Counted from the first letter of the stretch, positions 23,675-32,631 are shown. The stretch: 54,015 nucleotides of DNA from Candidatus Parcubacteria bacterium (GCA_034666125.1 JAXDML010000006.1:1-54015), one strand, 5' to 3'. Made by a program: numbers and translations. Notes: generated from the sequence alone by a model not told the origin.

Positions 23675-24991
23675 ATGCAACCCTTCGTAAAGAACCTTAG
23701 TGTGATCCTGCTCTTCGCAGCCATTGCGGTACCGGCCTTGGCGTTGGGGCAGAACAGGCCTCAACCGCCTACTCCGATAAACATCCTCGTGCTACGCAAT
23801 AGCACGAGCGCTGATCCTGAGCTTGATGAGGGAGACGTGGTTCAGAGCGACCGTGAGCGATACCGGGCATTCACGGCAGCGTGCAGTCCTACGGGAAATG
23901 ACATCAATGCTCGCTTGACGGGCTCGGGCTACGTCAGTTGCCCTGGCCAGGCTGAAGGAGCATCGCCGAATTGCGCCCCTTACACCTTGTACTGCGGGCC
24001 GGTTACAGCTCCTCCCGCCCAGCCCCAACAGCCGGGGGGCGGGGCGACACCCGCTCCGGCAACGGCACCCCCTACGGCGCAGACGGTGGCGGCTTCAGAC
24101 TCGTTCACGCCGCTCACGAACCTTCCCGGCATTACCACCACCGCGAACTCGGATACGCTCCCGGCGCTTTTCAATAACCTTTACAAGCTCTGCATCGGCG
24201 CGGCAGCGGTCATTGCGATCCTCCAGATCATGCGCGCGGGAACGTATTTCTTCTTCAACAAGGGGAGCGTCGCGCACAACGAAAAGGCAAAAGGCCTTAT
24301 ATCCAACTCCGTCCTCGGCCTTCTTCTCGTCCTGTCTCCCGCTATCGTCTTCGGCATAATCAATCCGGATATCCTGAAGCTTAACCTCGATATATCGAGG
24401 CTGAAGACCAGCTTTACGCCGCCCGCGCCGACCAGGCCGGACCTGAGGAACGAGACCTTCAGCCAGGAACGCCAGAACCAGCTTTTCTGCGAGGAGTTTA
24501 GGAAGCCGGGCCATAGGGTTCAGGCGGTTCCGTTCCAAGGAACGAACCGCAATGAATGCCAGCGAATCGAGGGCTCTAACAAGGGATGGATGAGTATCCC
24601 CACGGGATGCTGTTCCAACGTTCCGAGTCAGGGAATCTGTTGCGGATATGATCCGGACCAGGACGGAAGGCTTCTAAACCCTCCGACAGGAGGCGGGACC
24701 GGTGAGTTCTTTATCAACTACGTATTTAGTGACAGAGAAAGTCAGGATGATAACCCGAACACAAGATGCAAGGCACAGGATCGGCAGCAGTACGAGACTT
24801 TAGAGGCATGTACGCAGGCTCTCTACCCCCCTGCCGCAGTTATCGCCTGTGTTAGCGGAACTAACGGTAGTAGCGTGCCTTGCTATAGCTCCAAGGTACA
24901 TAACTGCAATGCGGCAAAGACATCAGTATATTTGCCAGACCGAGCCGCTTTCGATCGTATCAACGCTCTTACGACCTGTCTCTACGAGTAG
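23675..24991 (+). CDS. Secreted/membrane protein: VirB2/TrbC-like two-helix hairpin flanked by Cys-rich domains (438 aa)
   Basis: Signal peptide, 4-Cys N-region, Pro-rich linker, LYKLCIGAAAVIAILQIMRAGTYFFF-NKGSVAHNEKAKG-LISNSVLGLLLVLSPAIVFGIINP, then a C-domain with 12 Cys. Confidence 0.45.
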   Translation: MQPFVKNLSVILLFAAIAVPALALGQNRPQPPTPINILVLRNSTSADPELDEGDVVQSDRERYRAFTAACSPTGNDINARLTGSGYVSCPGQAEGASPNCAPYTLYCGPVTAPPAQPQQPGGGATPAPATAPPTAQTVAASDSFTPLTNLPGITTTANSDTLPALFNNLYKLCIGAAAVIAILQIMRAGTYFFFNKGSVAHNEKAKGLISNSVLGLLLVLSPAIVFGIINPDILKLNLDISRLKTSFTPPAPTRPDLRNETFSQERQNQLFCEEFRKPGHRVQAVPFQGTNRNECQRIEGSNKGWMSIPTGCCSNVPSQGICCGYDPDQDGRLLNPPTGGGTGEFFINYVFSDRESQDDNPNTRCKAQDRQQYETLEACTQALYPPAAVIACVSGTNGSSVPCYSSKVHNCNAAKTSVYLPDRAAFDRINALTTCLYE

Positions 24992-24994
24992 CGA

Positions 24995-26230
24995 ATGACC
25001 ATGAACCGCCGCCTTCTCACTCTCATCGCAGCCGTCATCCTCCTTTTCGGTATTCTTATCGGCCTGTACCTTCTGATCTTCGGCGGCTCGGCGGAACTTG
25101 TGGTTTCCGACGATCCGTTCGCCGGGACGGGAAGCGGGCTGGTAGACGGCGAGGGGTTGCCCGACATGCCGTCGGGGGCGGGGGAGGAGGTCGCGCCCCG
25201 GCTGATTCGCATAACGGAACGTCCAGTCGCGGAAGGAGTCGTTGCGATCAACCGCGTCTCCACGACGACCGAGCCGGTCGAGACCGCCTCGGGTACGCCG
25301 GCGCTTGCGGAAATAGTCGTGACCGACACCGAAGTCCGCTTCATAGACCGCGCGAGCGGGAACATCTACCGCTACACGGCGCACGAGCGGAGCCTCACAC
25401 GCATATCGAACAAGACCCTTCCGGGCATCCAGCGCGCCTCATGGCTCGCCGACGGCTCGGTCGCGTACGTGCAGCTGCTTTCGGGTACGGCGGGCAACGA
25501 GACCGTCGCCACCTACGTGCTTCCGGATTCGGGAGAAGGCGGCTTCTTCCTGGAGCAGGGGCTCTCTGCGACGCGGGCGACCTTGGCCGGCGGGCTCTTC
25601 ACGCTTCTCTCGGGAGCGACCGGCTCGGTCGGTTCGCTCTCGCAAAGCGACGGCACGAGCCAGCGGACGGTCTTCACCTCGTCCCTTTCCTCTTTAGTAG
25701 TGCACCCTACTCGCGGGAACTTCTTTGCATACACAAAGCCCTCGGCCTTTCTCGACGGATATGCGTTTCAGGTGAATGCGGCCTCGGGCGCGTTCGGGCG
25801 CGTGCTCGGACCCTTCCGGGGCCTCTCGGCACTTCCGAACCCTAACGGTACCCGGCTGCTGTACACCTATCTCGATCGCGGCTCGCCTCGCCTCGCCGTA
25901 TACGACGTCGCGGCGCGTACCGCGACCGCGCTCCCGATCGCGACCCTGACAGAGAAATGCGTATGGGCTCCCGACGGCCTCTCGGCGTACTGTGCCGTGC
26001 CGACGGGCCTTCAGAACGGCCTTCCGGATCTTTGGTACCAAGGAGCGGCCACGTTCTCTGATCGCCTGTGGAAGATCAACATGACCGATCGGTTCGCGAC
26101 GCTCGTCATAGACCCGAACACGGTGGCGAACATATCGATAGATGCGGTCGCGCTGCAGACGGATCCGGAAGAGGACGTCCTCCTGTTCACTGACAAGCAC
26201 AGCGGAGCGCTTTGGGTATACGACCTATAG
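24995..26230 (+). CDS. Membrane-anchored protein with PD40/TolB-like beta-propeller-type repeats
   Basis: TM LLTLIAAVILLFGILIGLYLLIF. Recurring motifs ADGSVAYV, PNGTRLLYTY, APDGLSAYC. Last gene of the cluster. Confidence 0.5.
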   Translation: MTMNRRLLTLIAAVILLFGILIGLYLLIFGGSAELVVSDDPFAGTGSGLVDGEGLPDMPSGAGEEVAPRLIRITERPVAEGVVAINRVSTTTEPVETASGTPALAEIVVTDTEVRFIDRASGNIYRYTAHERSLTRISNKTLPGIQRASWLADGSVAYVQLLSGTAGNETVATYVLPDSGEGGFFLEQGLSATRATLAGGLFTLLSGATGSVGSLSQSDGTSQRTVFTSSLSSLVVHPTRGNFFAYTKPSAFLDGYAFQVNAASGAFGRVLGPFRGLSALPNPNGTRLLYTYLDRGSPRLAVYDVAARTATALPIATLTEKCVWAPDGLSAYCAVPTGLQNGLPDLWYQGAATFSDRLWKINMTDRFATLVIDPNTVANISIDAVALQTDPEEDVLLFTDKHSGALWVYDL

Positions 26231-26971
26231 CGCCTGCTTCGGCCTTGGCACGGCGGGACGCTCCATCTTTCGTACGACGAGTTCCTGGAGCAGGCCGACG
26301 AGGCTCGCGGTGATGAAATAGAGCGCGACGGCTCCGGAGGTGACGAAGCCCACGACGCCGATCATAAGCGGAAGGAAATAGCGCGCCTGGACCGCCATCA
26401 TGCGGCCGAAGTCCTCGGTCGCGCTCCTCTTCTCTCCTGTCGAGGCTTTGGGGACGGGTATGGAAACGTAGGCGAGGGCGAATTGCGCGAGTGCGGCGAG
26501 GACGGCAAGCGCAACGCTCTTCCCCGCGACGCTGAATATCCCCAGGAATAAGGGGGAGATGACGGTCGGAACCGGAACGAACGAGTAGAGGAGCGTCGGA
26601 TCGATGTTGAAGATGGCTGCTCGGCTGAATACCAGATAGAGGGCGATGATGATCGGAAGCTGGATGATGAGTCCGAGGATGCTCGCGAACGGGCGGACGC
26701 CGTGCTCGCGATAGAGCGCCATCATCTCCTTCGCCTGCCGCTCCCGGTCGTTCTTGTACTTTTCCTTGAGTTCCTTCAGCTGCGGCTCGATAAGCTTCAT
26801 CTGTCGCTGGGTACGCACCGCGCGCAGCGAGAGCGGCATTAGGACCACCTTCACGATGACGGTCGCGAACACGACGGCAAGACCGACATCCCCGCCCGGA
26901 ACGATATCCGCCAGGAAGACGAGGAGGTTGTAGATCGGAACGTAAAGGAAGGTATGGAAAAGTCCGGACAT
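26225..26971 (-). CDS. yidC: Membrane protein insertase YidC (short form)
   Basis: VPIYNLLVFL...GLAVVFATVIVKVVLMPLS...MKLIEPQLKELKEKYKND...MALYREHGVRPF. Sits in the conserved rpmH-rnpA-yidC context. Confidence 0.9.
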   Translation of the reverse strand: MSGLFHTFLYVPIYNLLVFLADIVPGGDVGLAVVFATVIVKVVLMPLSLRAVRTQRQMKLIEPQLKELKEKYKNDRERQAKEMMALYREHGVRPFASILGLIIQLPIIIALYLVFSRAAIFNIDPTLLYSFVPVPTVISPLFLGIFSVAGKSVALAVLAALAQFALAYVSIPVPKASTGEKRSATEDFGRMMAVQARYFLPLMIGVVGFVTSGAVALYFITASLVGLLQELVVRKMERPAVPRPKQAL

Positions 26972-26981
26972 AAAAATACGG

Positions 26982-27320
26982 TTAATCGCGTGCGGGTAGT
27001 ATAGACCGTAGGAGGGAATTTAGCTCGTCCTTGAGTTCCGAAAAGGGAACTCCCGCCGCGCCCGCCCGCGCATGCACGACGAGAACACGGTCGTCTTTTG
27101 CAAACGGACGCAAGATAGAAAGGACGCGGCGCTTCAGGAGATGCCGCGATACTGCCAAGCGCGCCACTTTCTTCGAGATGACGGCGGCGGCTCCGCCCTT
27201 AGCGGGATCGCCTGAGCTGCCGTATGAAAGCGAAAAATGCTTGCTCGAGGCCCTTTTCAGGCCCCGGGTATCCGGAAATCGATGTCGGGAGAGACGGAGA
27301 GACCTTGGCAGCATGGCCAT
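26982..27320 (-). CDS. rnpA: RNase P protein component
   Basis: Start MAMLPRSLRLS at 27320. Basic protein with KKVARLAVSRHLLKRRV. Position between rpmH and yidC. Confidence 0.8.
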   Translation of the reverse strand: MAMLPRSLRLSRHRFPDTRGLKRASSKHFSLSYGSSGDPAKGGAAAVISKKVARLAVSRHLLKRRVLSILRPFAKDDRVLVVHARAGAAGVPFSELKDELNSLLRSILPARD

Positions 27321-27331
27321 GGCGGCGCGGC

Positions 27332-27484
27332 CTATCGCACCTTTTTCGAGACCGTGAGGGCGGCGCGGCCCTTGCGACGGCGTGCGAGGAGGACGCGGCG
27401 GCCGCCCGGAGTCGCCGTACGCGCCATGAAGCCGTGCGTACGCGCGCGCTTCCGCTTCTTGGGTTGGTAGGTCCGCTTGGGCAT
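27332..27484 (-). CDS. rpmH: 50S ribosomal protein L34
   Basis: Hand translation gives [50 protein letters not shown]. Below the ORF-track length cut-off. Confidence 0.92.
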   Translation of the reverse strand: MPKRTYQPKKRKRARTHGFMARTATPGGRRVLLARRRKGRAALTVSKKVR

Positions 27485-27651
27485 AGTATCCACAGGATAC
27501 TAACAGGTTGCGCTCCCACGTGCAAGAAATGCCTCGGCGCTTCACTTGCGGTCGAACCTGCGTATACTAGTGCGATGAGTCCTATGAGGCACGGCGAGTC
27601 AGTACTGTTCGGAAATGCGGATTCTTATCAGCCAGGTAATCCACAGTCCGC
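27485..27651. promoter_or_regulatory. rpmH-dnaA intergenic region with DnaA-box-like 9-mers
   Basis: GTATCCACA (27486-27494) and TAATCCACA (27637-27645) each match TTATCCACA at 8 of 9 positions. Divergent promoters are expected here. Confidence 0.6.
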
Positions 27652-29031
27652 ATGAGCGCCACCCTATCTTCCTCTCCCAACGTAAGCCACACCGACAAGC
27701 ATGAGCTCTGGGAATACATGCTTTCCCAGGTCGAGCTCTCCATCTCTGCCGCCAACTTCAACACCTGGTTCCGCGAAAGCGCCATCGTCGACATCGAGGA
27801 CGGCGTGGTCGTCATCGGCGTACCGAGCCAGTTCTTCCGCGATTGGTACCTGAAGAAGTTCCACACCCTGCTCCTGAAGATCCTCCGGGGAGTATCGTAC
27901 GAATTCCGGAACATCGAGTACCGCATCGTGAAGGACGCATCGCGGAAGCCCAAGGAAGTAAGGCGCGCCCCGGTGCCGAACACCGAGCTCCCGCTCGACG
28001 AGTTCTACGTGAACAAGAGCGACAACCTGAATCCGCGCTACACTTTCGATTCCTTCGTCGTCGGCCCCTTCAACGAACTCGCGCACACGGCCGCGCAGGC
28101 CGCGCTCAATCGTCCGGGCATCACGTACAACCCGCTCTTCGTATACGGCGACACGGGGCGCGGTAAGACGCATCTCATCCAGGCGATCGGGAACGAGTAC
28201 AAGAAGAAGTATCCGAGCCGGAAGGTCTACTACCTGACCTCCGACCGCTTCGGGAACGAATTCACGGACTCGCTCCAGGCCGGGACCGCGAACCGCTTCA
28301 AGGAGAAGTACCGCCAGTACGACCTCCTCATCATCGACGACGTGCAGTTCTTCTCGAAGAAGGACAAGTTCCAGGAGGAGCTCTTCCACCTCTTCAATTC
28401 GCTGTACGACAACAACAAGCAGATTGTTTTCTCCTCCGACCGTGCACCCGTGGCCATCTCGGACATCGCCGACCGGCTCCGGGGCCGCCTCTCGAGCGGC
28501 ATGACGGTCGATATCGGGGAGCCGGACATGATGTCGCGCATCGCTATCGTGCGGAAGAAGCTTGCCGGCCACGGAATAACGCTTTCCGAAGAGGCCACGG
28601 AATATATAGCTACTTCGGTCGCCGGCTCCATCCGCGAGCTCGAAGGAGTCATCAATTCCATCGTCTGTCACACGCAGGTGAAGGGGGTGCCGCCGGACCT
28701 AGCCGAAGTGCGCCAGTCCCTGCGTTCCTTCTCGCGCCCGACGAAGCAGGTGTCCGTGAAGCACGTGGTATCGAAGGTCGCGGAATTCTACGGCATCGAG
28801 GAGGACAGTATCTACGAGAAGACCCGGAGGAGGGAGGTCGTGCGCCCACGCCAGGTCATCATGTACCTCCTTCGGGAAGACTTCAGTGTGTCGTACCCAA
28901 CGATCGGCAACAAGCTCGGCGGGCGCGACCACACCACGGTCATCCACTCGTGCGAGAAGGTGAAGCGCGAGATTACCCAGGACGCCGAGCTCGCGAAAGA
29001 GATCCAGGACATCCGCACACTGCTCGTATAA
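27652..29031 (+). CDS. dnaA: Chromosomal replication initiator DnaA
   Basis: Walker A GDTGRGKTHL, Walker B LLIIDDVQF, sensor motifs, and C-terminal DNA-binding signature GGRDHTTVIHSCEKV. Confidence 0.97.
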   Translation: MSATLSSSPNVSHTDKHELWEYMLSQVELSISAANFNTWFRESAIVDIEDGVVVIGVPSQFFRDWYLKKFHTLLLKILRGVSYEFRNIEYRIVKDASRKPKEVRRAPVPNTELPLDEFYVNKSDNLNPRYTFDSFVVGPFNELAHTAAQAALNRPGITYNPLFVYGDTGRGKTHLIQAIGNEYKKKYPSRKVYYLTSDRFGNEFTDSLQAGTANRFKEKYRQYDLLIIDDVQFFSKKDKFQEELFHLFNSLYDNNKQIVFSSDRAPVAISDIADRLRGRLSSGMTVDIGEPDMMSRIAIVRKKLAGHGITLSEEATEYIATSVAGSIRELEGVINSIVCHTQVKGVPPDLAEVRQSLRSFSRPTKQVSVKHVVSKVAEFYGIEEDSIYEKTRRREVVRPRQVIMYLLREDFSVSYPTIGNKLGGRDHTTVIHSCEKVKREITQDAELAKEIQDIRTLLV

Positions 29032-29279
29032 ACGGGGATAAGGGTGTGCAAAAGAGTTAAAAGAAAGATAAAAAAGTTCTGTAAAAGTTTCTGAAAGGAT
29101 GGGGAAAACGAAATGACTGAATGTATAAGTCTGGCGAAGGAATTAGCAAGTAAGTACTTCTCCCCAGGCAACCACTCCGTTACGAGCGAGTTACGCAAGA
29201 GCAAAAATCTATTCCGAACCGTATATACTGAACAGAGCGCCCTTTCCCCAGTATCAACACCCCTAATAATAAGCATCGT
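29032..29279. other. Candidate oriC core or DNA-unwinding element (AT-rich dnaA-dnaN spacer)
   Basis: The 248-nt spacer contains AAAAGAGTTAAAAGAAAGATAAAAAAGTTCTGTAAAAGTTTCTGAAAGG, strikingly AT-rich for this genome. It also has degenerate boxes GGGGATAAG, TGGGGAAAA and GTATCAACA, each 7 of 9. Confidence 0.5.
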
Positions 29280-30380
29280 ATGGTCATTACTTTAGAAAAG
29301 AAGGAATTCGCGGAAGCAGTACTGCGTGTCGCTCGATTCGCGGAGAGACGATCGGCGACCCTTCCCGTACTCGCAGGCATCGCCATCGTCGCGGGGGACG
29401 ACGGAGTGAAGCTTCGCGCCACTAACCTTGAGACCGGTATCGATCTGAAAGTAAATGGAAATATCGAAACAGCTGGAGTCGTAGTGCTCCCGGCAGTAAC
29501 ACTCCGAGAGATCACCGGCTCCTTCACGGATACGGGTTCCATCAAGCTCGAATACGCCGGAGATACGCTCGTACTTTCCTCGAAAGCCGGCAAAAGCACC
29601 CTCAAGACCCTCTCCTATGAGGATTTCCCGACCTTACCGCTCCCGGATTCGGGAAAAACTAAATTCACCCTTCCCGGAAGCTCACTTCGGACGCTCGTGG
29701 GCTCCGTAGCGCCCTTCGCTTCACCTTCGACCGTGCGTCCGGAGCTCGGCAGCGTGCTCCTGACGGCCGAAGGAGGTATCGTGAAGGCCGTCGCCACCGA
29801 CTCATTCCGCCTTGCCGAGAAGACCATGCCCGTACAAGGAAATATCTCGCCCTTCTCCATACTTATTCCCGCCAAGAACGCGCTTGACATCGTACAGACG
29901 CTTCCTGATGACAATATCGAGGTACTCATCGACGAGCATCAGTGCGCCTTCTCCTGGCCGGGAGGCATCGTCACGACGCGGCTTGTCACGGTCCCGTATC
30001 CCGACTACGGCCAGATCATCCCGAAGACCTTCGCCTGTGAGGCGACCGTCCTCCGGAAGGACTTCGAGGCGGTCCTCCGCCGCACAGCCGTCTTCTCCGA
30101 TTCCTTCCAGAAGATACGGATGCAGTTCGACGTTTCCGAGAAGAAGATACAATTCTCCGCGCGTAACAGCGACGTAGGCGAGTCGAATGAGACCATCTCC
30201 GCATCGCAGAGCGGGGAACCGGTCGAACTCTCATTCAACCACCGCTACCTCGGCGCTCCTCTTCCGCTCATCACGAACGAGAACCTTTCGCTCTCCTGCG
30301 CAGGCATCGGACGCCCGATGATCATGAAAGGAGTCGGCGACAACACGTTCCTGTATCTCGTGATGCCGATGAATCAGTAG
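29280..30380 (+). CDS. dnaN: DNA polymerase III beta sliding clamp
   Basis: Follows dnaA directly. 366 aa with typical N-terminus LPVLAGIAIVAGDDGVKLRATNLE and C-terminus PMIMK...YLVMPMN. Confidence 0.95.
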   Translation: MVITLEKKEFAEAVLRVARFAERRSATLPVLAGIAIVAGDDGVKLRATNLETGIDLKVNGNIETAGVVVLPAVTLREITGSFTDTGSIKLEYAGDTLVLSSKAGKSTLKTLSYEDFPTLPLPDSGKTKFTLPGSSLRTLVGSVAPFASPSTVRPELGSVLLTAEGGIVKAVATDSFRLAEKTMPVQGNISPFSILIPAKNALDIVQTLPDDNIEVLIDEHQCAFSWPGGIVTTRLVTVPYPDYGQIIPKTFACEATVLRKDFEAVLRRTAVFSDSFQKIRMQFDVSEKKIQFSARNSDVGESNETISASQSGEPVELSFNHRYLGAPLPLITNENLSLSCAGIGRPMIMKGVGDNTFLYLVMPMNQ

Positions 30381-30387
30381 TTTCAAA

Positions 30388-30834
30388 ATGAATAACGAAG
30401 AAATAAAAAAGAAAATCCTTGCTTTCCTAAACCTCCACAAGCTCACGGTTATCTCCACTGTTGATACTGAGAACAATAAACCAGAAGCCGCTTGCGTCGC
30501 ATTTGCCGAGAAAGAAAATCTTGACCTTATTTTCGGCACCCTAAATAATTCGAGGAAATATAAGAACCTACAGACTAACCAAAATGTTTCTTTTGTTATC
30601 GGATGGAGTGACGAATTGGGAACTGTCCAGTACGAAGGAATTGCTAGGGAACTTTCAGGGGATGAAGCCCAAGAAAACGGAGAAATAATGGCCATTAAAA
30701 AAGAGAAAGTGCGAGGCTATCTTACTCGTGAAGATAATCGATTTTTCTTGGTAAAACCGACCTGGATTCGCTTTGTGGATAAGGGAATATCTCCCGAGGA
30801 AGTATCCGAAGTAAATTTATTCGACGGTAACTGA
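30388..30834 (+). CDS. Pyridoxamine-5'-phosphate-oxidase-like FMN-binding split-barrel protein
   Basis: LHKLTVISTVD...PEAACVAFAEKENLDLIFGT...KYKNLQTNQNVSFVIG pattern. Markedly AT-rich gene. Its 3' end overlaps the glmS 3' end by 18 nt. Confidence 0.65.
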   Translation: MNNEEIKKKILAFLNLHKLTVISTVDTENNKPEAACVAFAEKENLDLIFGTLNNSRKYKNLQTNQNVSFVIGWSDELGTVQYEGIARELSGDEAQENGEIMAIKKEKVRGYLTREDNRFFLVKPTWIRFVDKGISPEEVSEVNLFDGN

Positions 30835-32631
30835 CTTTGCGAGATTGCGCGGCATGTCGATGGGGAGATTGCGCGCGAGCGCGACGTAGTAGGCGAAGAG
30901 CTGCAGCGGCAGCGTCGTAAGGATGGGAAGAAGTGTTTCGTGCGTATTCGGCACCGTGATCACGTCATCGGTCCAGCTCGGAGCGTCGCCCTCGGTAGTG
31001 ACGGCGATCACTTTGCCGCCGCGCGCCCGGATCTCCTCTACGTTCGAGAGGGTCTTCTCATTCATGGAGTCGCGGGGCATGAGCGCCACGGTCGGGAAGT
31101 CCTCGTCTATGAGCGCGAGCGGGCCGTGCTTCATCTCTCCGGCCCCGTACGCCTCGGCGTGCGCGTACGACACCTCCTTCAGCTTCAGGGCTCCCTCGTA
31201 CGCGATCGGGTACTGGAACTTCCTCCCGATGAAGAGTGCGTCACGCATGTCGGAGTGTCTTTTCGCTATAGACTCTATATTTTCACGCTCATCGAGGATG
31301 CGCCGCGCATAGTCGGGAAGACGCGTCAGTTCGCGCAGTATCTCGGAAGGCGCGGAGTGAGGGTCCTTCAGCTGCCGTATATAAAGAGCGACGAGCACGA
31401 AGACCGCAAGCTGCGAAACGAAGGCCTTCGTCGACGCTACGCCTATCTCGGGCCCCGCATGGTTATATACTCCCGCATCCGTCTCGCGTGCGATGGACGA
31501 GCCAACGGCATTCACGATGCCGAGCGTGAGCATGCCGTGCTTCTTCGCTTCCCGTACGGCCTCGAGCGTGTCGGCGGTTTCCCCGGACTGGGACACGGCG
31601 ATAAGGAGCGTATCGTGCGGATCGGCAGTGAATCGGCGGTAACGGAATTCGGAAGCGACCTCGGCCTCGGCCGGTATGCCCGTAAGCTCCTCGATAAGGA
31701 GTTCCCCCGTAAGGCCAGCATAGTACGCGCTTCCGCAACCGGTGATGATGATTCTCTTTACGCTACGCAGCTCTTCCTCCACGTCCTTAAGCCCGCCGAG
31801 GTGTACTTGCATATCCTCGGGGTCTATCCGGCCGCGAAGCGAATTCTCGATGACCTCCGGCACTTCCATGATCTCCTTCAGCATGAAATGCTCGTATCCT
31901 TTCTTCTGGGCTCCCTCGACATCCCACTCAAGGGTCTGTATGTCCCTTTCCACGGGGAGGTGGTTCAGGGAAGTGATCGCATACCCGTTCGGAGTCAGCA
32001 CGGCCATCTCGGCATCATCCAGATACACGACTTGCCGGGTATAGGGAAGGAGCGGCGTCGCATCCGAGGCGACGTAGTATTCCTCGTCGCCGATGCCGAG
32101 CAGGAGCGGACTGCCGAGACGCGCTACGACGACTTTCTCCGGCTCGCGCGTTCCCATGACCGCGATGCCGTACGCGCCGCGGACTTCTTCGAGCGCCGCC
32201 GCGACTGCGGTTTCGAGGGTAGGATATTCTCGGTATTTCTTGCCTACGAGCTGCGCGAGCACCTCGGTATCGGTTTCAGAACGGAAAGTCACCCCTTCGG
32301 CTTCGAGCGACTCCCGGATCTCCCTGAAGTTCTCGATGATGCCGTTATGCACGAGCCAGATGTTTTCCGCGCTATCTGCGTGCGGGTGGGCATTCGTTTC
32401 CGTGGGAGCGCCGTGGGTGGCCCACCGTGTATGCGCGATGCCGGCAGTGCCCTCAAAGCCCTCCGGAAGGCTCTCCTTGAGGACCGCGACCTTCCCCGCG
32501 CGCTTGAGCGCGCCCTGGCCGGCAAGATAGATCCCTGCCGAGTCATAGCCTCGGTATTCCAAAGCCTCAAGTCCCCCGATAAGGAAGGGGGCCGCATTCT
32601 TCCTGCCGATGTAGCCTACGATGCCGCACAT
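30817..32631 (-). CDS. glmS: Glutamine--fructose-6-phosphate aminotransferase
   Basis: N-terminal MCGIVGY nucleophile, two SIS domains, C-terminal NLAKSVTVE. Confidence 0.97.
   Translation of the reverse strand: MCGIVGYIGRKNAAPFLIGGLEALEYRGYDSAGIYLAGQGALKRAGKVAVLKESLPEGFEGTAGIAHTRWATHGAPTETNAHPHADSAENIWLVHNGIIENFREIRESLEAEGVTFRSETDTEVLAQLVGKKYREYPTLETAVAAALEEVRGAYGIAVMGTREPEKVVVARLGSPLLLGIGDEEYYVASDATPLLPYTRQVVYLDDAEMAVLTPNGYAITSLNHLPVERDIQTLEWDVEGAQKKGYEHFMLKEIMEVPEVIENSLRGRIDPEDMQVHLGGLKDVEEELRSVKRIIITGCGSAYYAGLTGELLIEELTGIPAEAEVASEFRYRRFTADPHDTLLIAVSQSGETADTLEAVREAKKHGMLTLGIVNAVGSSIARETDAGVYNHAGPEIGVASTKAFVSQLAVFVLVALYIRQLKDPHSAPSEILRELTRLPDYARRILDERENIESIAKRHSDMRDALFIGRKFQYPIAYEGALKLKEVSYAHAEAYGAGEMKHGPLALIDEDFPTVALMPRDSMNEKTLSNVEEIRARGGKVIAVTTEGDAPSWTDDVITVPNTHETLLPILTTLPLQLFAYYVALARNLPIDMPRNLAKSVTVE

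Noticed and set aside
29113-29295. 60-aa ORF inside the dnaA-dnaN spacer
   Set aside because: It has no RBS, runs into the dnaN start, and lies in the AT-rich origin-like region.
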